DNA of 63,761 bases, counting the filler, from Saprolegnia diclina VS20 (Eukaryota), in assembly GCF_000281045.1 (NCBI RefSeq). It is 11 parts of 8 records of this genome, joined end to end, with 100 filler letters (N's around TTAATTAATTAA, not from the genome) between each part and the next. Parts side by side here need not be neighbours in the genome. Positions count along the whole stretch, not along the records: positions 3,345 to 34,275 come from NW_008246263.1; 10 more parts are not named here. One strand, written 5' to 3'. The position numbers and the translations under genes were made by a program. The number at the start of each line of letters is the position of its first letter. Position 1 is the first letter of the stretch. Positions 11,832 to 25,027 of this stretch are shown here, piece by piece. The notes under the pieces are model-generated. The model saw nothing but the letters and a program-made list of their open reading frames with translations. It was not told the DNA's origin and made no database searches.

Positions 11832-14800
11832 ATGGGGAACGCAGCGCCCCGGGCGGTCCCGGCGAACGCGAGCCAGCTGGACACGGCGTCGCAGTGCCGG
11901 ACGCTCCTCATGGAGTACAAGTTCCCGAGCAGCAACATGAACCTCGTCTTCAGCAACCTCCTCGGCGACGGCAAGTTCCTCAAGACGGTCCAGTGCAAGT
12001 GCGAAGAGGGCGTCGTCGTCGTCAAGCTCTACCGGCGCTACGACACGTCCGAGTCGCTCGAGGCCGCGCGCGTCCAGCTCGCGCAGCTGCAAGCGGCCTT
12101 TGGCGTCATGGAGGCGACGCCCAACATCGTGCCGTACGCCCATTTCCAGCTCAGCACCAAAGTGAACGCGGCCTTCCTCGTGCGGCAGTACTTTGTCGCG
12201 AACCTCTACGACCGCATCTGCACGCGGCCCTTCCTCTGCGACATTGAGAAGAAGTGGATCACGTTCCAGCTGCTCAAGGCGCTCGAGCAGTGCCACTCGC
12301 GCGGGATCTGCCACGGCGACATCAAGCAGGAAAACGTCATGGTCACGAGCTGGAACTGGATCTTCCTCACAGACTTTGCGCCGTTCAAGCCCACGTACAT
12401 GCCCGAGGACGACCCGGCCGAGTACTACTACTATTTCTGTGCGAGCGACGCGTCCCGCCGGTCGTGCTCGGTCGCGCCCGAGCGCTTTTACGGCTCGCAT
12501 CGCGACGTGCTCTCGCGCCTCGCCGACAGCGACATTAGCGTCGAGGAGTTTGACAAGCACGTCAACATGGCCCGCGCGACGCCGTCCTCGATGCCGTCGA
12601 CGCCCTCGTCCACCGCGACGCCCAAGGGCACGCTCCACGAGTCGATGGACATCTTTGCGACCGGCTGCGTCATCGCCGAGCTCTTCAACGGCGGCAAGCC
12701 GCTCTTTGACCTCCCGACGCTGTTGCGGTATCGGACCGGTGACATGACCGCGCTCGCAACAATCCGAAAGCTCCAAGAGACCGACCCCGCGCTCGCCGAA
12801 ATGCTGCGCCACATGCTGCAGCGCGACCCGCGCCAGCGGTCGTCGGCAGCTGCGTACCGCCTCCAGTACACGCAGTCGATCTTTCCGGCGTACTTTGACG
12901 CGTTCCTCTTCCGCTTCATGTCGCTCGTGCTCTCGCGGGGCGGGAAGCTGCCGGACGCTCGGATTCGGCTCGTGTGCAAGTACTATGGCCGCATCGTGCG
13001 CGAGCTCGTCGGCGTCGACGACAAGGAGGGCGAGGCGTTCTTTACGCACCGGCTCAAGGAAGGGTACGGGTCGGACCGGTCGCACTTCACGGACGACGTT
13101 GCCCAGCGCATGTACAGTGAGATGGAGCACCCGGTGGACGGCCCGCCGCCGACGGACGAGTCGGAGCACGTGGCCGAGACGCTCTTGTTGACGCAGGCCA
13201 AGTTTAGCGTGTACGCCAAGCGCAAGCACGAGACGCTCAAGCGTATGAAGAAGGCGTCGATCAAGCCCAGCCCTCCGATTCGCGAAGAAGAGGCGTCGGT
13301 CAGTGGCGTCGACGACGGCGACGTGTTGCCGGCCTCGGACGTCTCGACCCGGCCACCGCACTTGCCATCGCACCAAAACGGCATTATGATTATCCTCTCA
13401 CTGCTCTGCTCGAGTGTCCGGCACTGCGGTGTGCCCCAGTCCAAGCTCACTGCCCTGCAGCTCATTACGCGCCTTGGCGCGTTTGCCGACGACGAAGTCC
13501 GGCTCCAGCGGCTCGTGCCATTCGTCATGGAGGTCCTCGACGATGCGTGTGCGGCCGTGCGCGCCGAAGCCATTCGCTGCGTCACGTCGCTCCTCTCGCT
13601 CGTCAAGATCTTTCCGCTCTCGGACGCAGCGATCTTCCCGCAGTACATTTTGCCGGCGCTGCAGTCGTTCCCGTCGGACGCCGAAGAAATGGTCCGCATC
13701 GCGTTTGCCGAGTGCCTTCCGTCGCTCGCCGAGTCGGCGCGGCGCTTCCTCGAGATCTCGTGCACGCTCAAGATGCGCGCGCTGCATGCGAATTCCGCGA
13801 ACGCTACGTCGCTCGAGTCGACGCGGCAGACCAAGAGCAAGACCAAGGACGGCAAGAACGGCGACGCAACGTTCTCGACGTTTGACGACGAGCTCAACCG
13901 GCTGCATCTGCTGGTCTCGCGCTTTGTGATTCAGATCGCGGCGCCCGACCAAAAGGCCAGTTCGAGCCTCGTCAAGCGCGCGCTCTTGCACGACATTACG
14001 CGCCTGTGCATCTTTTTTGGCCGCGAGCGCACGCTGGACGTGGTCTTGCCGCAGCTCATTACGTTCCTTAACGACCGCGACTGGCAGCTCCGCGCGACGT
14101 TCTTTGAGTTCATCACGGGCGTGTGCTCGTTTGTCGGGCATGTGTCGGTCGAACTGTACATTCTGCCGTGCATTGAGCAAGCGCTCATCGACATTCAGGA
14201 GCTCGTGATTGCGCGCGCGCTCCTCTGCCTCGCGAACCTCTGCGCGCTCGACATGTTTCAGCGCACGGCGCTGCTCGAGAAGGCCAAGCTCACGGCGCCG
14301 CTGCTTCTGCATCCGGGCTGGTGGGTGCGCAGCGCGATCCTCAAGCTTCTCGCTGCGATCGCCAAAGAGATGGACGTTGTCGACCGCAATGTGTTTTTGG
14401 TGCCGCGCCTGCACCCGTATCTGCGCAAGAAGGTGCGGCTGTGCAAGGACGACGACGTGGCGCTCGTGTTGCGGGACGCGCTCCGGCCGCACGTCTCGCG
14501 CGAAGCCTTTGACGCGGCGCTCATGGCGCGGAATGGCCCGCGCCTCTTGTTGCACGACGCAGCAGCCGACGACACGGACGACGAGACGAGTATGAGCAAG
14601 GCCGAGAGTGGCGACGAGAGTTTTCACCTCGAGAGCTCGATCACGCCGGCGCGCCGCATCAAGTTCAACAGCGAAGACTCGCTCGACGGGTACAACCCCC
14701 ACGGGACCAACGACTTGAAAAAGTCGACGAGCGCCCAAGCGATCGCACGCTACGAGCGGTACTATATCGGGTCGAGTGCGACAGACGAAGGCGTCCGGCT

Positions 14801-16948
14801 CGGGCTCATGCACCAGTACATTGCGATGGCGTCGATGCACATGCGCAGCAAGATCCAGCTCACGCACTCGGAGCAAAGTGCGCGCTACAACGGGTCGGAC
14901 GCGCCGTTTGTCCCATTCACGCGCAAGATTCCCAAGTCGTCACTGCATTCGCTGCGCGTCCCGAGCATGAAGGTCGCGCTGACCGTGCCGCTGCCGCTCA
15001 AGCCGTTTAGCGCGGTCCTCAAGCAGAGCTCCAAGAAGGACCGCGAGGCCGGTCTCATCAAGTGGGAGAGCATGCCCTTGGCGCACATTATCCGCCTCTA
15101 CGGCCTCCAGACCGGGAGCCTTGCGACCGACGCGTACCAAAGCGTGTACGACGAGTCGGCGACGCGCACAAAAGTGTTGCAGCACGACCACGTGCACGAC
15201 CCGGCGCTGTTTCACTCGCACAAGCTCCTTGCGCGGCTGACGGCGCTCGACATTCCGCCGCTGCCGCTCGACATGGGCCCGCTCCGCACGAACGAAGGCG
15301 CGGTTTATTCGCATGCGATGACGAATGCAGCGCCATTGTCGTTGCCGGTGAATGCACTGCCGTCGAGTGCGCCACCGACACCGTCGTCGACACCGTCGTT
15401 GCCGCCGACGCCGTCGTCGGCGTTGGGCACGCCGGCGTCGGCGATGATTGGACCGATTGTGCCATCGGCCGCGTCGACTGCGGCCGAGATGTTTCGCAAT
15501 TGGCGACCGCGTGAAAGCGTTTTGGCGGCCGAGCTCACCGAGCACACGGGGCCTGTGCACCGACTCGGCGTCGCGCAGGACAGTTCGTTCTTGGCGTCGG
15601 CGTCGAGCGACGGGACGGTCAAGCTCTGGTCGGTGCGCAGCCTCGCGCACAGCATCAACCAAGGCAGTCGCGGCACGTACGACGCGCAAGGCGGTGTGCT
15701 CACCGACATGGTCGTCTGTGAAAACTCGCACTCGCTCGCGACGAGCTCGAGCAACGGGACCGTCCACGTCGTGCGCGTCGAGCGTATGAGCTCGACCGGC
15801 GCGCTCCAGACCGTGCCGCTTCGCGACATGCACGTGCCCCACGACGCGGTCGTCGTCCTCGACTACATGAACAACATGACCGAGTCCCTTCTCGTCTACG
15901 GCACGCGGAGCGGCGCCATCTACGGGTACGATGGATAGTAGCTCGAAATGTTTGTCTCATAATGCAAGCTTAGGTGGGACCTGCGCTTCCGTCGGCAGGC
16001 GTGGAAACTGCAAGTGAGCGTCGAGCTTGGCCATATGACGTGCATGACGCACTCGTCCGGTGCGTCTCGAGTCTTGTCTGGATCATGCTGATCGCATCAC
16101 TAGATGCGACGTGGCTTGCTGTGGGCACGAGCCGCGGGTACATTTGCCTCTGGGATCTGCGCTACCACTTGCTCATTCGCGTGTGGCGCCACTCGTCCTT
16201 CCACGCGATCCAGCGCCTCGAGCCATGCTACATTGTGGCCAGCCGACCGGACAGCGCGCGCAACTCGCCGCTCGTGTACGTGGCCGCCGGCGACTCGGAG
16301 GTCGCGGTGTTTGACCTGAGCATTGGCGCGTGCCGGGGCGTGTTTCGCACGCTGCACACCCAAGTGCAGCTCTCGGAGGCCGACGCGTGCCCGACGTTGC
16401 ACCACGTCCAAGTGCCGAGCCGAGCCAAGGACGTACTCGCGAGCGTCCTCGGGCCGCAGAACTTTACGCAGGCGCTCGACGAGATTGCGACGACGACGTC
16501 GACCGAAGAGCCGACCGTGCGCGCGATCGTGACGCCGTCCGAGTACTCGCTCCTCACGGCCGGCGAAGACCGACGCATTCGGTTCTGGGACCTCCGCAAC
16601 CCCAAAAAGTCGCTGACCGTCTGCGGCGGCGACGCCTCGTCGTTCTACGACAGCCAAGACGCGCCGCATGGGTGGTGGAAGCTCAAGGGCGATGACAAGG
16701 TCACGAAAGCCGAGCTCGTGTGGAGCAAGATGGACCCGCCGACGATCCACCTGTGCCAAGACGCGTCGTCGTACTTTGGCGACAGCACGGCCGACGGCGT
16801 CGCGCCCAACCCTGCGCTCGAACGGCGCGGCCCGATCCCGCCGTCGCCGGCGCACAACGACTGCATTTTGGACCTCAAGCTCGTCGATGTCAACGGCCCG
16901 ATGGTGGTGTCGAGCGCGCGGGACGGCGTCGTCAAGGTGTGGCGCTAA
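11832..16948 (+). CDS. VPS15: Vps15 / PI3K regulatory subunit 4 (kinase + HEAT + WD40)
   Basis: MGN myristoylation start; NLYDRICTRPFL..IEKKWITFQLL, HGDIKQENVMVTSWNW..LTDFAPFKPTY.PEDDP; HEAT repeats (LPQLITFLNDRDWQLR); WD40 C-terminus ending DGVVKVWR. Introns 15926-15973 and 16060-16103 restore the frame. Confidence 0.95.
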
Positions 16949-16997
16949 GTTATGTACATGGAAAATGCATGCATCGGGTTGTCGTTATCGGTGCAGT

Positions 16998-19172
16998 CTA
17001 CGCCGAGACGCTCTCGAGCGCGGCCGAGGCGAAATATTTCACATCCGGGTCCGTATCTGTCTGGAGGTGCGCCAAGCACGACTTGATCTGGCCCGTCAAC
17101 GCCGGGTTGTCCGTGTGCTTCCCTAAGACTTGGAGCGTGTTGGTGACCGTAAACCGGACGTTCGGGATCTTGTCGTTCGCGCCACGGATCGACAGCGTCG
17201 TCATCTCTCCTATCAGGTCCGGCGACGTCTTGTCGCACGCCAATTGCTACGCCAGCATGAGATGGATGCGGATGCAGGAATACACACCGTGAGGGCGTGG
17301 AAGACGTTGACACGCTCTTGGTAGATGATCGAGCTGTCGTAGATTTGCGCGAGCTTGGGCAAGATGCTCTCGAGGATGTAGTCGCTGCCGACGACGTGGA
17401 GGATCTCCTGGAGGATCTTGGTCGTGCTCAAACGGACTTCACTGACCATGTCTTGGAATGCGTTGAGGAACATCTCGAGGAGGTGCTCCTGAAAGTACGT
17501 CGCACCCTAACCCACCCGATGAGATACATCGATACGTGTCGCGTGCGTCCTACCAACGAACTCACAAGCGACGGCAGTGCAAGGATGACCGCTTCGCGGA
17601 CGCGCCACTGCAAGTCCTTGGAGAGGTCCGTGATCGCGGGCAAGAGCGTGCCTTCAAACGAGTGCATCCACGGCGACACGGCGCTCATGCGCTTCAGGAC
17701 GTTCAGTCGGACGTCGACCACGTCGTCGCGGAGGAACTGGAGCATGATCGGGACGAGCGACGACTTGGTCACATCCTCGCCGAGCTTGGGGGCGATTTCC
17801 ATGCACACGATCGAGACGGCCGCTACGCTGCGGTGAGCTATCCAGGGACTACGTATGCAAGGCGCGTACTGCGGACGTTCGGAGCGACATCCTGCGAGAG
17901 CGGCTGGATCTGGGGAAAGACCTCGGCCATGAACGTGCTAAACTTGATCAAGCTCGCAAAACCCGAGATGTTCTTGGCGGCCGCGGCGCGGACTTCGGCT
18001 TCGGCGTCCTGGATGAGCTGCACAAAGTGGTGGAGGAGCTCGCCTTCCGCGATGCTCGCGCCCATGGCTTCGGCCAGCTACCTTGGTATGAGCCTCCGTC
18101 TGCCATGTACAAGAGAATGGTCGTACGGGGAAGAAGTCCTTGGCGATGCTAAAGCGCACGCGCCACGAACGGTCTTCGCACGACGAGCGCGCGACGGGCA
18201 GCACGTGCTGCGTGTTCTCGTCTTCGTTGAGGAGCTTGGCGATCGACGCGCAGTTCTCAATCGCCAAGAGGCGGACGCTGTCTTGGTCGTCGCCCGTAAG
18301 GACCTTGAAGAGCGGCAGGATCGTGCTCACAAAGATATCCTTCTCCATCTTGGCGCCAAATTTCTACGCGCCGCCATCAACACCAGCTCGACCATCGTAT
18401 GGAGGAGGAACGTACGCCAATGTTCAACGCAGCCGCACGGCGGACCATGGGCGTGTCATCGCCGCAAAGCGTCGTGTAGAGGCTAAAGGCGCGTTAGACA
18501 TGTGCAAGGTGAGATGCAATAAGATGGACGTACTCGCGGAGCTCCTTCTTGCTCGACGCGTCCACCTTGGTGTACGCGACAGGGAAGAGCCAGCAGGCCG
18601 AGACGCGCGACGTGAACCAGTCGCCTTCGGTCAAGCGCTTGACCAGCGGCAAGGCAAGTTCGCCGGCGTCCGTGACCACTTCGAGGACCTTTTGGATCGA
18701 CGCGACAGCCTGCGAACGAGCATGAGATGCCAGTCGCGTGCACGAGCGTGGTGTACCTTGTCACGGACGACCGTTTCTTCGACGGTCGCCAGCACCTCGA
18801 GTGGGCCAAGCAGCACCGACGCGCTGTTGGGGCCGCCGACCAAGTCGACGAATTCGCCGAGCTCTTCGGCCATCGCGACGAGGACTTCGTCTTCATCGTC
18901 CGTCGACTCTACAAGGCAGGACGCATCATGATCGCGCTCGACGTCTACATGGTCATACGGGACAGGAACGGCAGCAGCTCGGAGCGCGTGCGGTCTGGGC
19001 CCAGCGCCTGGGCGACCGTGCGGAGCCGGCGCATGCTGCGGATCCGCGTCTCGGTCTCGTCCGTGCGCATCTCCTCGGTCAAGAGGTTGATCGGGTAGAG
19101 TTCGTCCCCTACATGCAGCCATCGTCTTGAGCGCTCTTCCTCCATGCTGGCGGCCCATGGCCACGTACCCAT
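16998..19172 (-). CDS. PPP2R1A: Protein phosphatase 2A scaffold (A) subunit, HEAT repeats, multi-exon
   Basis: Exon fragments [79 protein letters not shown]; about 10 short GT-AG introns. Confidence 0.93.
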
Positions 19173-19741
19173 GCTCCCCGGCTGTTTGGTTTTGTAGGGA
19201 TTCTAGTATGGGATTCCGGGGCGTTTTGGTTTCTTTTTTCCTAGTTGACACCACGCAGTCAGTCACTTTTTTAGGACTTGTCCTAAAATAGGCTTCTCCA
19301 TTCGGCATCCGCCGCATTACCAACACTATTTACAGCTTCCGCGGCGCTGGATTGAAGACGGACTACACTGTAGTATAGCAGGACGTTCTCTCGGTCGATT
19401 CAGCCAGGGCAGTAGCTAGTCGGCAGCGACTGACCGAACCAGCGTCAGGATGTACTAGTAGTACTACTAACTTCTTGTACAGTAGTGGTCGGTACCGTAA
19501 AAGGCCAGATGGACAACCGGTATGTACACGTGGCTTTGGCGCCAAAATGCAAGTGCAATCTCAACTCCCCAAGCAAAGACATGGCCGGTCGACGCGACCT
19601 ATCGCCAGCACGATTCCTTCCTGGCGTTCTGCTTCGTGCGGACATAAGAGGTTGAGTGGGGCGACCATAAGAGCTTGCTGCTGCTCTGAAGATAACGTTA
19701 TCGTATCCGGCCATAAGATCGAATTGTCCGGATACCGCGAG

Positions 19742-20658
19742 ATGGCGCTGGTCGCGTACAGCGAGTCGTCGTCGTCGTCGGACGAGGACGAGGCGCCAGC
19801 GAAGCGGCAGCGCGTGGCACCGCCGATCGCATGGACACGGACGTTTGCGCATGTGGATGGCAACTGGCCATCGTATGTCTACTTTGCCGGTATATAGACA
19901 TGTTACATATTCCACGATGCCATCCCTGCACATAGTGCCGCTGACGCCGGCCATGGAGGCCATGAAGACCTTTGCCATGACCATGGCGGACGCCGCATAC
20001 CCGAAGCATACCCTCGGTCTCGTACCGCTCGGCGACCCGCGGTCCAAGGGTGCAAAGGGCAACGATGGCGATGGCGATCAGGACTCGAGCTCGCTGCACT
20101 TGAGCCTCTCGCGCACGTTTGTGCTGCGCTACGAGCAAATCGAGCCCTTCGTCCAGGCTTTGCGCGTCGCTCTCAAGTACCGCAAGCGGTCTCCTTCCAC
20201 ACTACAACGTCGTCGAATGCAATCTCAAACCGAAGCATGTAGGACGCGCGTGGTGCTCCAAGGTCACCGGATCCTCGTCAACGATGAGAAGACGCGCCTG
20301 TTTGCAGCGACGCCCTTGGTCCGCGGCAAGCCCGAGGTACGCGCCGAGACGACGCATGTGAGAGGCTGTATGCCTCGTGGTAGATTTGTCATATCATTGC
20401 GTGCGTCGATCGCTGCATGCGCCAGTTCGACCTTCCGCCCTACTACAGCGTATACCGTACCTTCGTCAAAAGCGAGTTGCCTCAGCAACCATGTAGGACC
20501 CGATTCCGCATGTCAGCGTCGCCTCCACGCCCTTCGTGCCCTCAGTCGAGGCCGAGGTCGCGATCGAGATAACCCCGCCACCGATGGTGCTCATCGACTG
20601 TGACGCGGTCGCCGTCACGATTGGCAACAAGCAATTTCACATTCCGCTCTTATCCTAA
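19742..20658 (+). CDS. USB1: U6 snRNA phosphodiesterase (Usb1/Mpn1, HVSL domain), multi-exon
   Basis: MALVAYSESS start, RTFAHVDGNWPSYVY, two 2H motifs (LHLSLS and PHVSVA), LVNDEKTRLF. Introns at about 19890-19935, 20189-20242, 20337-20382 and 20450-20496; stop TAA at 20656-20658. Confidence 0.88.
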
Positions 20659-21521
20659 CTCGACTCATCGTCATCCTCGTCTTTCTCATCGTCGTCATCG
20701 TCGTCATCGTCGTCATCATAGTCGTCATCGTCGTCGTTCGCATCAACTTGCTCGTCTTCGTCTTTGGGTTCGGGGCACTTGGCCATCATCTCGCGTGCGT
20801 GGGCCGCCTTGGTCGTGTTGCCCATGCTATCGTAGAGCGCGGCCAAGTCGTCGTAAATATCGCGCTGGCGGTTCGTCTCGAGCGACAGCGCCGTCTCGTA
20901 CGCAGCGATCGCCTTCTTCTGGTCAACCTTGGTCCCGCGGGCCACAAGCATCGTCGCGAGGTTGTACTGGTACTTGGCGTTGGTCGGGTCCTTGGCGACG
21001 GCCGACTCGAAGACGCCAACGGCACCGTCGATATCGCCTTGTTCGCCGTAGACGTTGGCAAGCGCTGCAAAGGCCACAGACGCGTTGACGTCGTCGAGGG
21101 CAATGACCTTGCGGAACGCGCCAATCGCCTTCTCGAGCTTCTCGACGTCTTGGTACAAGGCACCGAGTGCAAACCACGTGGGTGCGTTGGTCGGGACGCG
21201 GGCGACCACTTTTTCGTGGAGTGCAATGGCCTTGACCTTCTCACCGCAGGCTTCGTACGAATGCGCGAGCGAGCTCATGACATCGACGTCGTCCGGCTGC
21301 ATTGCGAGCGCCTTGGCGAACGTCTCGGCGGCCGCGTCGACGGCGCCGAGCTTTTGCAACGCAGCGCCGGCGGCCACGAGCTCTTCAAAGTCCATCTCGA
21401 CCTCGTCCTCCTCGCTGTCGTTGGCCGCCGGCTTGGGCGCAGGCTTCACGGCAGCCTTTCCCTTGCCCTTCTTCGGCGCCGGTGCCGGCGCGTCCTTCAT
21501 CGACCGCTTCCGCTTCGCCAT
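20655..21521 (-). CDS. TPR-repeat protein with N-terminal basic NLS and acidic C-terminal tail
   Basis: MAKRKR...KKGKGK; TPR-like units (AETFAKALAMQPDD, WFALGALY, AIGAFRKVIALD, YQYNLATML); poly-Asp tail. Confidence 0.85.
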   Translation of the reverse strand: MAKRKRSMKDAPAPAPKKGKGKAAVKPAPKPAANDSEEDEVEMDFEELVAAGAALQKLGAVDAAAETFAKALAMQPDDVDVMSSLAHSYEACGEKVKAIALHEKVVARVPTNAPTWFALGALYQDVEKLEKAIGAFRKVIALDDVNASVAFAALANVYGEQGDIDGAVGVFESAVAKDPTNAKYQYNLATMLVARGTKVDQKKAIAAYETALSLETNRQRDIYDDLAALYDSMGNTTKAAHAREMMAKCPEPKDEDEQVDANDDDDDYDDDDDDDDDDEKDEDDDESS

Positions 21522-21700
21522 GGCTGTCGGTCTGACCACGAAAATCTAAAACGCACCGATTGAAGCTGCCACCGATATTATATACGGCATCTGCCACGAG
21601 ATCACGCCGTATTTGCGGCATTGCCATGCCGAAAACAACGACATCTGCGTGGCGGTGCCGAATGCAACTGGCCGAAGGATTTCATTTTCGAGAAGCTGCG

Positions 21701-23725
21701 ATGGACGAAGCGTGGACTGCCCTTAGCACCTTCCAGGCGCGGTCGGTGGCCACCGCCGGCAACCGCGATAGCGCCCTTGAGCGCGAGCTCGTGCGCGACT
21801 TCATTGCGCAAGTCCCGATCCCAGCCATCTTCCAGTGCCTCCAGGCCGCGAGCGACGCGGGCGAGACGAAGCAGGTCCGCTCGTTCCCCGAGCGTGGCAT
21901 ATTGACGCTGCGCGCGTAGGTCAAGCTCGTGTGCCAATGCCTCGAGCGCATCTTTCGCTCGCCCCTTGGCGCCGACATTCTCTTTCAAGAGGAGATGGGG
22001 CCCTTCTTGCTGGCCGGCGTTAGCCACACGGAGCTTTCGGCCCGCAAGTTGACGCTAGACATGCTCGACCACCAGCTTTTGCCGCAGTTTCATGACCGTG
22101 TGGTAAGTGCATCCAACCTGTGGTCCCGCTCACGCCTCCTGTGTAGAGCGACGAGGCGTTGTTGCACGCTGTCTGCAGCTGCATTCTCGACGACGATCCG
22201 GGTGTTGCACGCAAAGCGTCGGACCTCTTGTTCAAGGTACGCCATGCCGCACGACTATTCGTTGGCTCATGCTTCTTGCAGCTCGTGTCGTTGCCGGCGA
22301 CCGGCATCTACCATGCGATCCTCCGCCTTCTCTCCGAGCTGCTGCAAGAGCACTTGCCAGTGTACGCGTCCACAAACACACATATCGCAACACAAGGATC
22401 ATGGCGACTGCGATAGGCTCTCGCGCGGCAACTCGGTCGAGTACGTTCGCTTGCTCGAGACGATCGCCAAACTCGCGAGCGTCGACGACGACGTCATGCA
22501 CGAGAGCTTTGGCCGCGGCCTCCTCCAGCCGGTCCCGACCCCATATATGCCATCCTCCCATTGCTCATGTATACTCTGACGCAGATTCTCGACGGAGTTC
22601 AGTCCAAGGACGCACTCTTCCAGCTCAACATTCTTGATATCATTCCGGTGCTTTGCAACACCAAAGCCGGTCTCGTGCTCGTCTTCCAGTCGGGTACGCC
22701 TTCGCCACGTGCTATAGTTTAACATTGATCATGCAGATGTCCTGACGCACTTGATCCGCACCGTCCAAGGTCCGTCCATGTACTGTCTTGTGGCTAGAGT
22801 CGGTGCGTAGACCCGCTCATTGGTGGCGCCGCGCTCCGTCTGATTGGCCAATTTTCGACCAAAGCCGCCGCCATCGGGGTGTCATCGTGGAACTGGGCCG
22901 ACGCGTCGCTCTCCAAGGCGTTCCTTGCCGCGATCGAGTACTCATTCCAAGTCGGTGACGCGCTGCAGAAGATTGCGGCCATGGACGCCGCTGCGGCCTT
23001 TGCGTCGGCGTCGGAAAACGGTATTTGTTTCAAAGTATCATATCAATGTATCAATCCGATTTAGAGCTCGGGCTGTTGCTGCAGCACAAGACGCTGATCG
23101 CGCTCTTTCTCGAGTCGGCGCACTCGACCGTCCTCGAGGTCAAGTCCAACTGCTTCATGGCACTCGCAACGATCCTCGCGCGCCCGACGACTCTCTCGAC
23201 GACAGTGGTGCCGGACGAGACGGCAACGATTTGGACCTTGCACCAGTCGCTCTTCCGCGCCCTCGGCGGCGGCCGGCCCTCGACGATGCATCTTTTGATG
23301 GACTGCCTCCGCCAGCCGTTCGATGCCATTCGAATTGCAGTGTACACGCTCCTCCAAGCCGTGGTCGCCCAAGGTTGCATAGAAGCTGTCTCGAGAAGAA
23401 TCCGACTCGACGGTGACAATATGTAGGTCACCCGTGGGGACTGCAGACGCTTCTGGCCTACGGTGGGTTCGTCGAGTACCTCCTGGACCGGTCCACGGAA
23501 CCGACCAAGACGACGCGCGAGTGGAAGTTTGCCCTCGTCGACGGGATCCTTGCGTCGCCGCACAAGGCACTTCTCGGTACTTACGCTTGTGGTCCAGTGC
23601 GGAACAAATGCGATGATGAGGACGGTGTAGGCAAGCAGCAGCGCACGGACCTCGACACGTTCTTCGCCCTCGGCCCGTACGCTGGCCAAGCACGTCGCCA
23701 AGAGCTGTTGCTCGAGTCGGCCTAA
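21701..23725 (+). CDS. PSMD5: 26S proteasome assembly chaperone S5b (PSMD5/Hsm3-like), multi-exon
   Basis: ARM/HEAT-like helical exons; D.LFQLNILD, LRQPFDAIR.A.Y, WG......GFVEYLLDRSTE......EWKF and C-terminal GPY resemble PSMD5; many short introns. Confidence 0.75.
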
Positions 23726-24180
23726 GCATAAGCATCATCCAGTACATATCCCATTATGATGGAATGGTTCGTTCGCCAATATGGCACAGACCGCCTGCGG
23801 CTTGATGCCATGGATACATCAAACACACTTGAGACGACCGGTCTTGCTTGCAGCGCCGGAGCCACCGACTTGGACGATTCATCATGTCACTGCGCTTCCT
23901 CGCATGTCACGTCGTGGGCTTGTAAGAATCGCGGGCAGCACTTGCTCCTCGACCATTGTGCACCGACTGCCATGAAGTCGAGCTCGGCTATGATACATCC
24001 ACCTGGCAGGCATCTTCTTCTCGATCTCTCCGACGGCCCTTGATGGGCGTCGGTAGGTTGCCATTTCTATTGCTCGTTCTCTCGTCGGCAAACACAAGAC
24101 ACGGACGCGGACCATGACAAGTGTCATGGCCCGCACGGATGACAGGGTGCATTAGCGGCGCATTAGGCGCCAAGTGCAGC

Positions 24181-24234
24181 GTACTGGTTCTGGTTCTGGT
24201 ACTCGTTCTGGTTCTCGTACTGGTTCTCGTTCTC
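24181..24234. repeat. Degenerate hexamer (18-bp unit) tandem repeat
   Basis: CTGGTT/CTCGTT/CTCGTA/CTGGTA units repeated about 9 times. Confidence 0.7.
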
Positions 24235-24463
24235 GGAAGCTTGGCTTGATCGCGGTGGGTCGGGTGGGCGCGGCTCATACCAGGCCGCGCCGTGATGATC
24301 CCAGTTCCATTGCCGCCGCCTCATGCTGGAGTAGGGTCTCGTCGTCGTGGGTAAAGAGAGGTAATAAATATGATCATGGAGACAGAGACTACACGGAGGG
24401 CGTGCTGCCGGGAGGATGGACCTGTTGTCGTCGTCGTCGGTAGCAGCGGTGGAGGAGGCGGCG

Positions 24464-25027
24464 CTAGACAAGGTGCTGAAGCGTCGCGTCCGTGCCCACG
24501 ACGGCGTGGACGTTGGGCATAAAGGTCGTCCAGTGGTGGACGCAGAGCGTCGTTTCGCTGAGCGACTGCCGCAGCGACGCGTTCATGGCCTCCGAGACCT
24601 GGCGCATCTCGAGCGCGTTCGCGGCCTTGGTCTTCCACGTAGTCGCGTCCGACGCTTGGTGCGCCGCGAGCTTGGCTTCGAGCGCGACAAGCTCTTCCTG
24701 GAGCGACTCCATCTCTTCGCGGATGCGGAGACGGTGCTTCTGTGCCGACTTGGCGATCTGCGCGCGGCGGCGCGCAATCTTCTCTTCGCGCGTCAGCGAC
24801 TTGATCGGCTTCTGCAGCAAGAGCGCGGTCGCCGGGTTCGTGAGCAGCGCCGACGTCGACGTGGCGGCCTTGGCGGTGGGCTTGGCGACCGGCGCGATGA
24901 AGTCAAAGTCAAAGTCAAAGTCGACCGCATTGTCGGGGCTGAGGTACTCGTCGTAGAGGATGTCGACGTCAAAGGCCTCGACAGCGATCGGCGAGTTGGT
25001 CGGCTTGGTCATCGGTGAACAGTTCAT
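24464..25027 (-). CDS. bZIP-like basic/leucine-zipper protein (oomycete type)
   Basis: Basic region EKIARRRAQIAKSAQKHRLR followed by heptads (MESLQEELVALEAKL) and WK..A.......E..N..LR; acidic/aromatic N-terminal patch. Start and end are approximate. Confidence 0.65.
   Translation of the reverse strand: MNCSPMTKPTNSPIAVEAFDVDILYDEYLSPDNAVDFDFDFDFIAPVAKPTAKAATSTSALLTNPATALLLQKPIKSLTREEKIARRRAQIAKSAQKHRLRIREEMESLQEELVALEAKLAAHQASDATTWKTKAANALEMRQVSEAMNASLRQSLSETTLCVHHWTTFMPNVHAVVGTDATLQHLV

Noticed and set aside
11718..15842. Long antisense ORFs (552, 492, 304 and 300 aa) opposite VPS15, and similar ones opposite other genes
   Set aside because: Shadow ORFs caused by high GC3 codon bias; no domain motifs.
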